A stretch of DNA of 16,945 nt from a bacterium. GTDB taxonomy: Bacteria > Zhuqueibacterota > Zhuqueibacteria > Oceanimicrobiales > Oceanimicrobiaceae. A program made the position numbers and the translations under genes. Below the pieces are notes generated by a model. That model saw only the letters and a list, made by a program, of their open reading frames with translations, made no database searches and was not told where the DNA came from. Positions 15,686-16,945 of the stretch are shown here, one piece after another. Each line of letters starts with the position of its first letter. Position 1 is the stretch's first letter. The stretch spans positions 1-16,945 of the forward strand of contig JBHHXT010000100.1 in the NCBI GenBank assembly GCA_046757165.1, given 5' to 3'.

Positions 15686-16861
15686 ATGAGGGTGAACCGT
15701 CTGAAGAAAAGAATCTATCTCGACCATAGCGCCACCACGCCCGTCGACCCACAAGTTGTCGCGGCGATGTTGCCGATGTTCAGCGAGTGCTATGGCAACG
15801 CCTCCAGCATTCACGGCTTTGGCCAGGAAGCGAAGGTGGCGCTCGAGGAGGCGCGCCGCCAGGTCGCCCGTGTTCTCAACGCCGAGCCGGCAGAAGTCGT
15901 TTTCACTTCCGGGGGCACCGAGGCGGACAACTGGGCACTCAAGGGTGCGGCAGCGTTCTTTCAGGGCCGGAAGAATCACATGGTCACCTCATCGGCCGAG
16001 CACCACGCCGTCCTTTTCGCCAGTCAGTACCTGGAGAAGAGGGGGTTCGAGGTGACCTATGTGCCCGTCGATGCAACCGGGATGGTGGACCCCCAAAGAA
16101 TCGCGGACGCCATTCAGGAGGATACCTTCCTGGTCAGCATCATGCACGCCAACAACGAAGTGGGCACCCTCAACCCGATCCGCGAGATCGGTGCAGTCGC
16201 CCGGGGAAGGGGCGTGTTGTTTCACACCGACGCGGTGCAGACGTTCGGCAAGATTGCGGTGAATGTCAAGGAAATGAACATCGATTTGCTGTCGCTCTCG
16301 GGTCACAAGCTCTACGGGCCGAAGGGCATCGGCGCGCTCTACATGCGGCAGGGGCTGCAGCTCGACAAGCTGCTGCATGGCGGCAAGCACGAGCGCGACC
16401 GCCGGGCCGGGACCGAGAACGTCCCGGCTGCCGTGGGGTTGGGCAAGGCCGCTGAGATTTGCAGCCAGCGCATGGAGGAAGATATCGGCAAGCTGAGGAG
16501 CTTGCGGGAGGAATTATTTCGCAAGGTGACCGCCGCCATCTCCGGCGTCCACTTGAATGGGCACAAAACGAAACGCCATCCCGGCATTCTCAATCTCTCG
16601 TTTGAAGGTGTGGCGAGCGATTCCTTGCTCCTGAGTCTGGACCTGAAAGGGATTGCGGTATCGAACGGCTCGGCCTGTACTTCGGGCACGATTGAACCTT
16701 CGCATGTGCTGCGCGCCATGGGGCTGCCCAAAGACCTGACCAATTCAGCCATCCGGTTTAGTTTTGGCCGGCAGAATAGCTCTCGGGAAATCGATGAGGT
16801 CGTGGAAGCTTTGGGCGAAATCCTGGCCAGGCTGAGGAAGCTGAAGAGAAGGACAAGATAG
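15686..16861 (+). CDS. iscS: Cysteine desulfurase, group I (IscS/NifS type), PLP-dependent
   Basis: 391 aa. IYLDHSATTP, YGNASSIH, FTSGGTEADN, HTDAVQ, the PLP lysine motif LSGHKLYGPKGIG and the catalytic loop SNGSACTSG, which is group I rather than the SufS RxGHHCA type. The exact start codon is uncertain by a few codons, and iscS versus nifS is not resolvable here. Confidence 0.93.
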   Translation: MRVNRLKKRIYLDHSATTPVDPQVVAAMLPMFSECYGNASSIHGFGQEAKVALEEARRQVARVLNAEPAEVVFTSGGTEADNWALKGAAAFFQGRKNHMVTSSAEHHAVLFASQYLEKRGFEVTYVPVDATGMVDPQRIADAIQEDTFLVSIMHANNEVGTLNPIREIGAVARGRGVLFHTDAVQTFGKIAVNVKEMNIDLLSLSGHKLYGPKGIGALYMRQGLQLDKLLHGGKHERDRRAGTENVPAAVGLGKAAEICSQRMEEDIGKLRSLREELFRKVTAAISGVHLNGHKTKRHPGILNLSFEGVASDSLLLSLDLKGIAVSNGSACTSGTIEPSHVLRAMGLPKDLTNSAIRFSFGRQNSSREIDEVVEALGEILARLRKLKRRTR

Positions 16862-16886
16862 AGGTCGGGCAAACGCTTGCAGGAAA

Positions 16887-16945
16887 TGGAGTCGTGGAGA
16901 AATGGAGTTGTGGAGTGTTGGATTTTCGGCCAGCCATTACTCCAT
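16887..16945. repeat. Period-8 TGGAGnnn tandem array followed by the start of its inverted copy (truncated by the window end)
   Basis: TGGAGTCG-TGGAGAAA-TGGAGTTG-TGGAGTGT-TGGAT (16887-16923), then CCATTACTCCAT (16934-16945), whose reverse complement is ATGGAGTAATGG. Confidence 0.8.

Overview
A GC-rich bacterial chromosomal segment with eight genes. In order: a 5'-truncated GNAT acetyltransferase, translationally coupled recC-recB with no recD adjacent, an extended-SDR NAD-dependent epimerase/dehydratase, and a minus-strand protein that joins an apparent Sec signal peptide to a BlaI/MecI/CopY-like winged helix. Divergent from that gene is a lipoprotein M2 (ACE-like) zinc peptidase, then a convergent 1135-aa membrane protein fusing a YCF48/BNR Asp-box beta-propeller to a KAP-family P-loop NTPase, and a divergent IscS/NifS-type cysteine desulfurase. 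Six of the seven intergenic gaps carry a short tandem and/or inverted repeat element: period-10 CRCGAA arrays, a covarying palindrome pair, a ~100-bp CACCGA hairpin, a poly-C/poly-G hairpin and a TGGAG octamer array. The most promising leads are the receptor-like propeller-KAP NTPase, the exported-looking BlaI-like protein and this set of REP-like elements. I saw no rRNA, tRNA, CRISPR array or transposase. All assignments come from motif recognition by eye; no searches were run.
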